64,000 nucleotides of DNA. It comes from Octopus vulgaris. Taxonomy: Eukaryota. The translations under genes and the position numbers were made by a program. This document shows, one piece after another, positions 12,760 through 23,848 of the stretch. The notes beneath the pieces were generated by a model, which saw only the letters and a list, made by a program, of their open reading frames with translations, was not told the origin of the DNA and ran no database searches. Every line of letters starts with the position of its first letter. The stretch's first letter is position 1. The stretch is taken from positions 57,908,001-57,972,000 of the forward strand of contig OX597820.1 in NCBI GenBank assembly GCA_951406725.2. The letters are read 5' to 3'.

Positions 12760-14288
12760 GGTATGTAGAAAAATACAACATGGACAAGAACGTATAACTC
12801 TTAGAAGACGACACAATAAACACGGACAGGACATTCGAAACCCTCAGTCTTCAGTCAAGAACCGGATCATCGTAGTAATTTCGGCTGATTAATCTTGAGA
12901 TTACTAGATCACGGCCAGCCCTCCAAGAAAAACCAAGCAACGAGCATTAGAAAAACTAAGCTGGAAGCGTAGATTTCCTGGAAGAAGGATCGAATGCATA
13001 CGAACACCAGGACAGCAAAAGGGACAGATATAAAAAAACAAAAAACAATAATGGAATACAGAAACATGAAATACAGAAGCATTAACGGTGAAAACAACAG
13101 TGTCTTACGACTGATAACAAGCAAACAAATTTTTTCTCTGGCGCAATGGAAAAAGCCTTTATAGTGGCGGACGAAAACAGCGATGTTAACAGAACGAGGG
13201 TCAGAGGCTGAAAGGCAGATTTCGGCCAACAGTCACGTGACAGAGAAGAGGGAAAAGAAAAGAAAGAGAAGCAAAGGAAGAGAGAGAGAGGAGGGACAAA
13301 CGCAACAAAGAGAGAGAAGAGAGAGAAAGAAGGAATCAGAGAGGAGAAGGGATGGGTGTCGAAGAATGACCTGTGAGTGCAGAGCGAGACAAAGAAATAG
13401 GAGGGTAGTGGAAGACTAGACCAAAGAATCAGAGGAAAGAGAAGAGAAAAAGAGGATGAGTAGAGAGAAAAGAGAGAGAGGGGGACAGATCAAGTAAAAA
13501 TGAGAGAGAGAGAGAGACAAACAGAGAGTCGTACCAATTATTAAGAATATGTGCTCACATAAATGTTAAGGGGGGTACGGGGCGCCTGGAATATATGTTA
13601 AGGTATGTAGAAAAATACAACATGGACAAGAACGTATAACTCTTAGAAGACGACACAATAAACACGGACAGGACATTCGAAACCCTCAGTCTTCAGTCAA
13701 GAACCGGATCATCGTAGTAATTTCGGCTGATTAATCTTGAGATTACTAGATCACGGCCAGCCCTCCAAGAAAAACCAAGCAACGAGCATTAGAAAAACTA
13801 AGCTGGAAGCGTAGATTTCCTGGAAGAAGGATCGAATGCATACGAACACCAGGACAGCAAAAGGGACAGATATAAAAAAACAAAAAACAATAATGGAATA
13901 CAGAAACATGAAATACAGAAGCATTAACGGTGAAAACAACAGTGTCTTACGACTGATAACAAGCAAACAAATTTTTTCTCTGGCGCAATGGAAAAAGCCT
14001 TTATAGTGGCGGACGAAAACAGCGATGTTAACAGAACGAGGGTCAGAGGCTGAAAGGCAGATTTCGGCCAACAGTCACGTGACAGAGAAGAGGGAAAAGA
14101 AAAGAAAGAGAAGCAAAGGAAGAGAGAGAGAGAGAGGAGGGACAAACGCAACAAAGAGAGAGAAGAGAGAGAAAGAAGGAATCAGAGAGGAGAAGGGATG
14201 GGTGTCGAAGAATGACCTGTGAGTGCAGAGCGAGACAAAGAAATAGGAGGGTAGTGGAAGACTAGACCAAAGAATCAGAGGAAAGAGA

Positions 14289-14291
<3 letters not shown>
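12756..14291 (-). mobile_element. 842-bp tandem (1.8 units) non-coding element in (TA)n, Penelope-like partial-tandem architecture
   Basis: Units start at 12756 and 13598; identical ORFs 842 bp apart; each unit carries a hammerhead-like motif (12848-12920, 13690-13762). Confidence 0.8.
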
Positions 14292-14327
<36 letters not shown>

Positions 14328-14329
14328 TA

Positions 14330-14394
<65 letters not shown>

Positions 14395-14399
14395 ATATA

Positions 14400-14439
<40 letters not shown>

Positions 14440-14457
14440 ATTTATATATATTTATAA

Positions 14458-14511
<54 letters not shown>

Positions 14512-14613
14512 ATATGTATATATATATACATATTAAACCAATGCTGTTAGAATATTAGATTTATGAGACCATTGGTCTTGTACATACATACATACATATA
14601 TACATGCATACAT

Positions 14614-14644
<31 letters not shown>

Positions 14645-14747
14645 ATTTTAAAATAGGATAAAAACTTTATAAGAATTTATCCAGTAGTCAGAGTGAAAAA
14701 ACTCATAAGGGAAATTTTTATAATTATTCCCTTTAAATATATTTATT

Positions 14748-14881
14748 TATATTAAGGGTATTACTACATGTAAAAGCCTAACGCTATGAGGGACTCTTAA
14801 AGTCAAAATACCATATTTATTATGGTAGTTTTGCCTTTAAGAGTCCCTCATAGCGTGAAGTATTTACGTGTAGTAATACCC

Positions 14882-14889
<8 letters not shown>
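14748..14889. repeat. ~140-bp imperfect hairpin next to (TA)n
   Basis: tatattaagggtattactaca...cgctatgagggactcttaaag pairs with ctttaagagtccctcatagcg...tgtagtaatacccttaatata. Confidence 0.9.
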
Positions 14890-14937
<48 letters not shown>

Positions 14938-15019
14938 ATATATATATAATGTATTGATCCGTGTTATAATTTAACAAATAGACCACTCCATCTGGTGAGA
15001 TTCAAATATTGTTGTCTAA

Positions 15020-15857
15020 CGGTCACAATACATGTCTTTGGGCGCTACTAATAGTTTCACGTGTCTGAAATGCCAAACACGTTCTTTAGGCGAAGATCAC
15101 TCTTCATGCTGAACTAAGAACTTTACATATGGCGTGGGCCGTGAGAAAACGCGAAAAAACGTGCAAAATTGGTAGCATATACAAAAAAACCTAACTTCTA
15201 ATTGGAAAAATGAACACATGAGACCTATGTAAATGTAAATAATGTATGAAATTAAATGCAAATTAAATGTAAATTGTGTAAGGAGAGTAAAAGTGTATAA
15301 AATATAAGGTGAAAACGTAGAATTATAAATCTAAGAAATGTCGGGAATATAAAAATTTATAAAAGTTATAAAGTATAAAAAATAAACCTAAAAAATAAAT
15401 ACTAAAATAAAGGGTGGGGGAACTATAGTAGTAAGCGATCTAACTTCCTTAGTCTTTAAATAATAAAGTCGGGTGAGGGGCTGTCAAACCAATCTGGGAT
15501 GGGTGGGGTTGTCCAGTTCTTCAAAATATATTTCAGACCTCGAGTTCATTATGTTTTTAGGTTTATTTTTTATCCTTTATTCCCGACATTTTTTATATTT
15601 ATACCTCTATATTTTCACCTTATGTTTTATACATTTTTACTCTCCTTACACAATTTACATTTTATTTGCATTTAATTTCATACATTATTTACATTTTCAT
15701 CAGGTCTCCTGGTTTCTTTTTTCTGATTAGAAGTTAGGATTTTCTCTATCTACAATTTTTTCACCCTTTTGCGCATTTTCTCACGCCCCACGCTATACCT
15801 AATGTTTTTAGTTCAGCACGAAGAGTGGTCTGCGCCTGAAGAACGTGTATTGTGACC
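15020..15857. mobile_element. Diverged fold-back element with a hammerhead motif
   Basis: Arms ~15020-15400 and ~15551-15857; HHR at 15043-15092(-): cgc CTAAAGA acgtgtttg..cagacacgt GAAA ctattag TA gcg; right arm keeps CTGAAGA (15836-15842). Confidence 0.8.
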
Positions 15858-15961
15858 CTAACAATGCAATATGTGTATGTGTGTGAAAGCAAACAAACAA
15901 ACGAAGTTTGCTTTAGAAGCGTTGAGATGTCTTAGAAAGTTAAAGAAGGGATTTCTTTTTT

Positions 15962-16412
15962 AAATTCTCAAACGCAGAATAATGCTAATAATATAGCCTG
16001 AACAGGATAAACTGCCCCTAATTTTCAGAAAAAGTGTTGGCGGCTAATTATGAGACTCGAACTCGCACCCCCGTGATTACGCGTCGCGGTGCTCTAACCT
16101 TTAAGCTAAACAGCCCTCACCACAAATACTTACGCAAATTTAAGATATATAGAAATCTCGCTTTATGAGATGCTATCGCACGTTAAATTCAAATTACAAT
16201 GAAAGTAAGCGAGATTTATGTATATCTTAAATTTGCGGAAGAATTTATAGTAAGGGAAGTTTAGCTTAAAAAAGTTAGAGCACCGCGACGCGTAATCACG
16301 GGGGTGCGAGTTCGAGTCTTACAGCTGGCAGCAAACACTTTTTTTCTGAAAATTAAGGGTTGTTTATCCTGTTCGGGGTATATTATTAGCATTATCCTGC
16401 GTTTGAGAATTT
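15962..16412. mobile_element. Fold-back element carrying two divergent tRNA-like sequences
   Basis: Arms 15962-16163 and 16207-16412; tRNA-like units at 16041-16115(-) and 16254-16330(+) with A box TAGCTTAAAGG, B box GTTCGAGTC and a CGT anticodon-like loop. Confidence 0.85.
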
Positions 16413-16440
16413 GAAACAAAATCACTTTTATATATATATA

Positions 16441-16475
<35 letters not shown>

Positions 16476-17677
16476 CTAGCATTAAAGACCCGTCGTTGCC
16501 GGGTCATAGTGCTAGTGCATGTATATATGTATATATATATATATACATATATATATATGTGTGTACATACATGTACATCTAAATATATACATCTACACAT
16601 AAAATACAAAATACAAAGTTATATCTTGATATCGCTAGTGATAACAATACTCAAAATATATAACAGACTGGAATTGTTAGCCCGTCTCTTGTAATTTCGA
16701 TCAATTGTGTCTTGTCCTCCCTCTTGTATAGAAGTGTGGCTACAATCCAGCCTACCTCTACTTCTGGTGGGGGGGTGCATTTTAAATTTTTTTCCGGGAT
16801 GTCCTACGTCCCAGATATAAAGGTAAAAGTAAAATATTTCCACTTTGCAAGTTCGAGTCGAGTACTCCCTTGAACGCTCCGCTAACTCGAACCTTGCTTC
16901 TATTGTGGCGAATTTACCGCCTCTGATTAGATAACTTTCATAGTCGCACCAAGACACTTTTCGAAGGTGCTTTCCTCCATATGTGTTCAAATCTTTCTTC
17001 TCTACATTGTATACTTTATAGACAATAGTCTTTTCTTTAATTTAATTTTTTATTATCCATCTGGATTATTCCATTTCTGCACGCTAATGTTATTTTTAAT
17101 TTATTCCCATTCATGTGAAACCACTTATTCAAGTTCGAATCATTGATGCAATTTTATACCAATTGCTATTTTTACTTTTGTTATGTTACTTTATACTTTA
17201 GTTTGATTTTAATTATTACTTACTACATATAATTCAATTGTTATTATTATTTTTATTGTTAAAGTGAAAGTATCTGACATAAAATAGAGAAATGTTTTTC
17301 TTTCACTTTTAACACGTAATACTGAAATAGTGGAGGAGATATGATATTGCTATGGGCTCGCTCTACGCAAGAAGTTGAACATTTTTTTTTACCATGAAAC
17401 TACATGGATCTTAAGTAAGGCATGTGTAAAATTTGAATGGAATTGGTTGTGTAGTTCTCAAGTTTTAGGGAATCGTAGAGGAGAAGATATGATATTGCCG
17501 TGGGCTCGCCCTAGGCAAAAAGTTCAAATTGTTTTTTTGCCGATGACACTCTCCGGACCCTAAGTAAGGCATGTGTAAAATTTGAATGGAATCGGTTGTG
17601 TAGTTCTCAAGTTTTAGGGAAACACACAGACAGACAGACAGACAGACACACATTCTCAGTTTTTATATATATAAAGA
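16476..17677 (-). mobile_element. Non-autonomous Helitron
   Basis: On - strand: A|TCTTTATATATATAAAAACTGAG at the 5' end; GACCCG/CGGGTC hairpin then CTAG|T at the 3' end; internal ~147-bp tandem duplication at 17333-17620. Confidence 0.75.
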
Positions 17678-17694
17678 TATATATATATATATAT

Positions 17695-17725
<31 letters not shown>

Positions 17726-17736
17726 TTAATACATAA

Positions 17737-18150
17737 TACGAGATGGCATCAAAAAGCTTCTGGACTAGGTCTGTGGCGCGCGAACAGATAGGAGAACACG
17801 GTTCTCGTACGCAGTACCCTTCATGAACAACGTGCCGAGTGACATTGCTGTGTTTACTTCGTAAGCTGCGAATTTGTTTTCGTAATCATGTGTATGCTGT
17901 GGCCTGATATTTTGTTCATGGTCAGGAAGTTGGGACAAAGAGCCAACGTGAAATTTTGTGTTAAACTTGGGAAGTTTGCAACAGAAACATTGAAAATCTT
18001 ACGGCGACGGAGGAATGGGTCGTACGCAATGTTTCGAGTGGCACAGATGCATCAAAAGCTGAAGGATGTCTCTGGAAGTCGTTAAGCGATCTGGAAGATC
18101 TGTCACCAGCGTTACCCCCGGAAATGTGGACAAAATTCATTAGCTTGTGC
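17737..18150 (+). pseudogene. Mariner 5' end with N-terminal transposase remnant
   Basis: TACGAGATGGCATCAAAAAG TIR-like start; [23 protein letters not shown] and MGRTQCFEW resemble the mariner HTH region. Confidence 0.75.
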
Positions 18151-18153
18151 AAT

Positions 18154-18205
<52 letters not shown>

Positions 18206-18291
18206 TATTGATACATGCATACATACTATATACACAGACAGACAGACAGACAGACAGACAGATAGACAGACATACAGACAGACAGACAGAC

Positions 18292-18353
<62 letters not shown>

Positions 18354-18361
18354 TTATATAT

Positions 18362-18500
18362 ACGACAGTCTTCTTTCAATTTCCGTCTACCAAATCCACT
18401 TACAAAGCTTTGATCAGCCTACGGCTATAGTAGAATATACTCGCTCAAGGTACCACGCAGTGGGGCGAAATTCGGAGCCATCTGGTTGGTAAGGAAGCTT
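18362..18500 (-). mobile_element. SINE family A, 5' part
   Basis: tttccgtctaccaaatccact...ggctatagtagaa...ccacgcagtggg. Confidence 0.8.
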
Positions 18501-19041
18501 AGTGGACTGGAACGACGTGAAATAAAGTACCTTTCCCGAATACTTAGTTCGCATCCTTGAATAGTTATCGAACCAACGCCCTTATAATCGAGAACCCAGT
18601 TGCCAAACTACTAGGCCTGAAAATCATCTCTTTTCTGTAAGTAGTGTGTTTTCAGTTACACATTAAACGAAATATCACTTCATATTAGATGCATATAATT
18701 GAGTATCCACACGGCTGCACATACGTATTATTATGTAATTAATTATACATAATGCAGTTCGAATTGTAAAGTCTGAAATTTTTTGCGTAGATATAACTAT
18801 AATTTTTAAAGTAAATGCCTCGCTGTGAAATGTAAACAAATATAAAGACAGCCTACAGGGCGATGCAAAATTGTGTTTACGTTTGTTTGTATTTCACAAC
18901 AAGAGATATCATTTTAAAATTGTAGGTATATACATACAGTAGAAATTTAATATATCATTCTATTATTGCTCTGAACCGGATTTTCTCTTTTTAAATTTAC
19001 TGAACGCTCTTACTAAGCGCTTTACGCAAATAATAACTATA

Positions 19042-19085
<44 letters not shown>

Positions 19086-19086
<1 letters not shown>

Positions 19087-19275
19087 TTTATTTTAAGCAG
19101 CAGAAAATTCAACAAAATCTGCTAGCAAAAACTGTCTGATGAACGGCAACAAGAAACTCAGAGTAACAGATTTTGTTGAATTTTCTGCTGCTTTAAATAA
19201 AGCATATTATTCTACCACTGGTATTTGAGTACTCTTTCTTCCACCTTGTTTCACATTTATGTGTTTACTCCGGTA
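19086..19275 (+). mobile_element. Short fold-back element with a hammerhead motif, in (TA)n
   Basis: ctgt CTGATGA acggcaacaa GAAA ctcagag TA acag (19132-19169; stem II decayed); inverted arms 19088-19121 and 19167-19200. Confidence 0.75.
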
Positions 19276-19424
19276 TATATATATATATATATACATATGT
19301 ATGTGTGTGTGTGCGTGCGCGTGTTCGTCCATTTGCACGCATACATATATGTATGTGTGTGTGAGTGCCTGTGTCTGTGTGTGCATATAGATAGGCATAC
19401 ATACATACATATATATGTATATAT

Positions 19425-19631
19425 ACTCTTTACTCTTTTCTCTTTTACTTGTTTCAGTCATTTGACTGCGGCCATGCTGGAGCACCGCCTTTAATCGAGC
19501 AACTCGACCCCGGGACTTATTCTTTGTAAGCCCAGTATTTATCCTATCGGTCTCTTTTGCCGAACCGGTAAGTTACGGGGACGTAAACACACCACCACCG
19601 GTTGTCAAGCAATACTAGGGGGACAAACACA

Positions 19632-19723
<92 letters not shown>

Positions 19724-19888
19724 TACGACAGACTCCTTTCAGTTTCCGTCTACCAAATCCACTCACAAGGCATTGGTCGGCCCGGGGCTATATCCGAAGA
19801 CACTTGCCCAAGATGCCACGCAGTGGGACTGAACCCGGAACCATGTGGTTGGTTAGCAAGCTACTTACCACACAGCCACTCCTGCGCC
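19425..19888 (-). mobile_element. SINE family A, full length with internal (TA)n/(TG)n
   Basis: Best-preserved copy: head ggcgcaggagtggctgtgtggtaagtagcttgc, tail gaaacaagtaaaagag. Confidence 0.9.
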
Positions 19889-19891
19889 TAT

Positions 19892-19932
<41 letters not shown>

Positions 19933-19933
19933 G

Positions 19934-20598
19934 AGGGTAAAATTAATCAATTAATAATTAATAATTTTACCAAGTAGTTTCTGCATGTTAAAAGGACCAT
20001 TAACGGTAAACTTAAACAATAATTTTTATAATTATGAGTATAATTATAATTAGGGTTCAGCAAAAAAAAAAAAAAATTTTGTTTCACCATATACCTAAAT
20101 TTAGAAATAGCAGCCAAAAAACTAGCTATTTCTCTACCATAAGAAAATCTCCCAGATAGCATATACTCGAAAACAATACACGTAGGTAAAGAGAAAAAAC
20201 AACGAATTCAATCGGCATTTGATTAACTGTGGACGCGTTTCGGAGTTAGATAGATATGAAAAATGCAAAAACCACATTTTCATTCCATCATCCTCGCTCT
20301 TCAGCACAGTATTTCAAGATTTAAAATTTGAGAGCTTGAATGAAAATGTGGTTTTTGCATTTTTCATATCTATCTAACTCCGAAACGCGTCCACAGTTAA
20401 TCAAATGCCGATTGAATTCGTTGTTTTTTTTCTCTTTACCTACGTGAATTGTTTTTGAGTATATGTTATCTGGGAGATTTTCTTATGGTAGAGAAATAGC
20501 TAGTTTTTTTGGCTGCTATTTCTAAATTTCGGTATGTGGTGAAGCAAATTTCTTTGCTGAACCCTAATTATAATTATAATCATAATTATAAAAATTAT
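19934..20598 (-). mobile_element. Fold-back element with an intact hammerhead
   Basis: Arms 20019-20285 and 20338-20598; HHR at 20226-20310(-): actgtg CTGAAGA [long stem II] GAAA cgcg TC cacagt. Confidence 0.88.
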
Positions 20599-20626
20599 AT
20601 ATATATATATATACATATATATATGA

Positions 20627-20900
20627 GGGAGCATTGCTTAGTAGTTAGGATGTTGCATTCAAGATCTAGTGATCGTGATTTCTGTTCCTAGACTGAGTGG
20701 TGCATTGTGCTCTTGAGCAAAATACTTCACCTCACCTGACGCGTGGTACGCAGTGCACTTGTTCAGACAACGTCGATTTAATGGAGGGAGAGTGAGCAAA
20801 TGTTCGGCACACGAACATTTGATCACTATTCACAAATCATTTGTGCAAATCGTTCAGCACAAAGCTGAGTGAACATGTGTCGTCTTTGACGGGAGAGTTC
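20627..20900 (+). mobile_element. tRNA-derived SINE family C (degenerate)
   Basis: tRNA-like head then gtgctcttgagcaaaatactt; related fragments at 18505-18617, 50400-50525 and 61690-61808 (all -). Confidence 0.6.
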
Positions 20901-20924
20901 ATGATATAATATATATATATATAA

Positions 20925-21232
20925 AAGGAGCAGACGATACAAAGGCGGGCAAGAGAAATAAAAATTAGAAGGACAGGCAAAAAAAGATGGGTCATTCGTG
21001 GCTTGCTTTCCTCAGTCAAGTTCCAGAAGTTACAACCATTTCGGACAGTTACACTTGAGATGGTTCGATTTGGTTGCCTCCCAAAAAGTCTCAGCTAAGA
21101 GCATTAGACTCCTTTGAAATAAAGCTAGCGAATGTGTACAGCAAGAATGACAAAAATCGGAGAACATGGTACACAATTACGAATACAAACAACAAGAAAT
21201 AACAACAGGTGTCAACTGAGAACGAATCAAAT
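20925..21232 (-). mobile_element. Diverged relative of the 842-bp tandem element with a permuted hammerhead-like motif
   Basis: 21009-21079(-): aacca TC tcaagt..ctgtcc GAAA tggtt..acttga CTGAGGA, with nearly the same spacing as 12848-12906. Confidence 0.6.
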
Positions 21233-21294
21233 TGTGTGTGTGTGCGTGTGTGTGTGTGTGTGTATGTGTGTGTGTGTGTGTGTGTGTGTTTGTG

Positions 21295-21500
21295 TCTATA
21301 TTTGTCGACCCACCATCGCTTAACCGATGCTGGTGTGTTTATATCCCCGTAACTTAGCCGTTCAGCAAAAGATACGGATAGAATAAGTACCAGGTTTGCA
21401 AGGAATGAGTCATGGGGTCAATATTTTCGACTAAAGATGGTACTCCTGCATGGCCGCAGTCAAATGACTGAAACAAATAAAAGAGTGAAATAGTAAAAAG
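21295..21500 (+). mobile_element. SINE family A, 3' half
   Basis: ccccgtaacttagc...gaataagtaccagg...gcatggccgcagtcaaatgactgaaac. Confidence 0.8.
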
Positions 21501-21504
21501 ATAC

Positions 21505-21680
21505 AGGCCGGAATTTTTTAAGGAGATGGCCACTTGATTACGTTGACCTCAGTGCCCCAAAAAGATGAAAAATTATGAAAAGTTGACGTTCGCAGAATTT
21601 GAACTGAGAACGTAAAAACGGGAGAAAATGTTACGAAGCATTTTGCAGTCGTGCCAACGACTCTCTCAGCTCACCGTCTT
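21505..21680 (-). mobile_element. SINE family B (degenerate)
   Basis: gaatttgaactgagaacgtaaaaacgg...agctcaccg. Confidence 0.7.
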
Positions 21681-22343
21681 CGGGATACAAAAATAAGCTG
21701 CATTCATATCCCAAATCCCCTTACCTTTACCCCGATTCTGCGAATATTAGGAGAGAGTTCAATTTAGAACTGAATGATTATCTAGTTAAGAAACTGATAC
21801 TCTGTTAGCGTGTGAAAATGATTCAATTACAGTAATTTTAACCAGCACAAAAACATTAGCTATTATCGATTTTTCATTTTCCTATTCTAAAGTTTAGCGT
21901 TGAGATATGAAATACGAGTAAACAGAAGGTTGCTTGATCAGTCAAAAGTCAAGTGATAAAAGCCCCTTGAAAGAGTATATATTAAAGGGAGATTATTTAC
22001 CGCAAGGCGACGAAATCTAACGTTTCGGATACTCATCCTTCTTCACAAAGAATAAAAAGGCTAATATCAATGTAGTACTATAACATGGTCGTGGTGTTAG
22101 TTTTTATATTCTTTCCTTCTAAAGAGTAAATGTCTGAAACTTTAGATTTTCTGCACTTCATGACAACTCGTCTCAATGTAATTTTGTATATTTTCTACGA
22201 GACTTCAGTCATTTTTTCCTCTTTGATCTTTATGTTTTTCTGTGTAGCTATCTCCAGGTATGTAAAACTAAAGAGATTCAATTTATTTCCCTAAGATTGA
22301 AATATAACACTTCCAGTGGTCAAATATTCACGAGAGCTACAAG

Positions 22344-22378
<35 letters not shown>

Positions 22379-23036
22379 AAATTACAGTAAGAGGAGGAAG
22401 AGAGAGAGAGAGAGAGCCAGTCAATGAAAGAGTTTCAACATGACCACTTTCTCAGTTATAATTAGGGTTCACAATTCACTAAAACCACTGCATACTATCT
22501 TAAAAAGGAAAAACTTAGTAGATAACATACATCTAGATTTCTAAAAAAAAAAAAAAAGATGGACGTTCACATTTGTAACTCCTTTGAAGACAGGCATAAT
22601 CTATCAAAGTTGAAACTAACTAAAAAGAACAACAATAACGAACCTCACATCTCTTCCTTATCCATTGATAGATCAACAAACGTTACCCACTCGCTCGTTG
22701 ATAATACACAGGAAATACCTCATTAATACCCAATCAACATAGCAAAGCTAGTTCGCAAAATACTTTCTCATTTAGTTAGATTTACTTCTAAGATTCTTAG
22801 ATTTACTTCTTAATACGAATTTGATACAATTTAAGGTATCTAGTTACCCTAATAAAAATAAAATCCATACTGTGTGGGATAAGTGTTTTGAAAAAACCCA
22901 TGTTTGAGCCTGTTTACTGAAGATTTGCCACACCTACATACTGACTAGAACGAGAAGAAATATCATGTAAATCCCCTTCAAAATTGTTTTAATTTCTTAG
23001 GAAAGATAGGGAACTGGATAGATACTATTGTCCTAC

Positions 23037-23300
23037 ATCGGTGGTTCTCAACCATTTTTTGCCCATGGATCCCTTCGGTACTGATTTTACCTTACTGGAC
23101 CTCCATAATTATTCGATGTGCATAAAAAAAAATCCTATCATTAGGAATTGTATAAAAATAGGCACTGTAGAATAATAAGTAATTTATTGCACATGAATTT
23201 TAACAAAATCTTATATTGGACCCTCATGGGCCATATGGACCTCAGTCGAAAATCACTGAGCTCCATAATCCCCAAAGGGTGGCATGTACAAGGTTGGAAT
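23037..23300. mobile_element. hAT-like MITE (related copy ~38415-38682)
   Basis: Begins gtggttctcaacc and ends aggttggaa; shared ggaccct/ggccatatggac/ccccaaagg blocks in both copies. Confidence 0.55.
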
Positions 23301-23422
23301 ATCATTTATCCTAAGTGTCTCTATATATTTTTTGTTTAGGGCGAAGAGTAAAGTTGAGAAAGACAGCGAGGAAGATGCAAGGAAATGAGGGATGACAGAT
23401 GAAATATATAGAGAAATTTAAA

Positions 23423-23715
23423 GGCAGAAGCCTGGTCGTGAGGTTAAAAAGCTCTCTTTGCAATCACGTGATTTCGGGTTCAGTTTCACTGCGCGGCACT
23501 TTGGCTAAATATCGTCTACTATACACCCGGGGTGACCAATGCCTTGTGAAAGGATATGGTAGACTGAAACAGTGTGGAAGCTCGTATACGTACGCACTTC
23601 CCTACCTACCTACCTACCTACCTACCTACCTACCTACCTACCTACCTACCTACCTACCTACCTACCAACCTACCTACCTACCTACCTACCTACCTACCTA
23701 CCATACATACATACA

Positions 23716-23751
<36 letters not shown>

Positions 23752-23778
23752 TATATAAATGTGTGTGTGTTGTGTGTG

Positions 23779-23848
<70 letters not shown>

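Noticed and set aside
12909-14071. Duplicated 106-aa hydrophobic ORF
   Set aside because: T-rich strand of a tandem repeat; the hydrophobicity is compositional
16041-16330. Functional tRNA genes
   Set aside because: G at position 33, mismatched anticodon and T stems, and location in a fold-back; kept as tRNA-like only
16619-16990. 123-aa ORF inside the Helitron as a captured gene
   Set aside because: No recognisable motif; cannot be supported without a homology search
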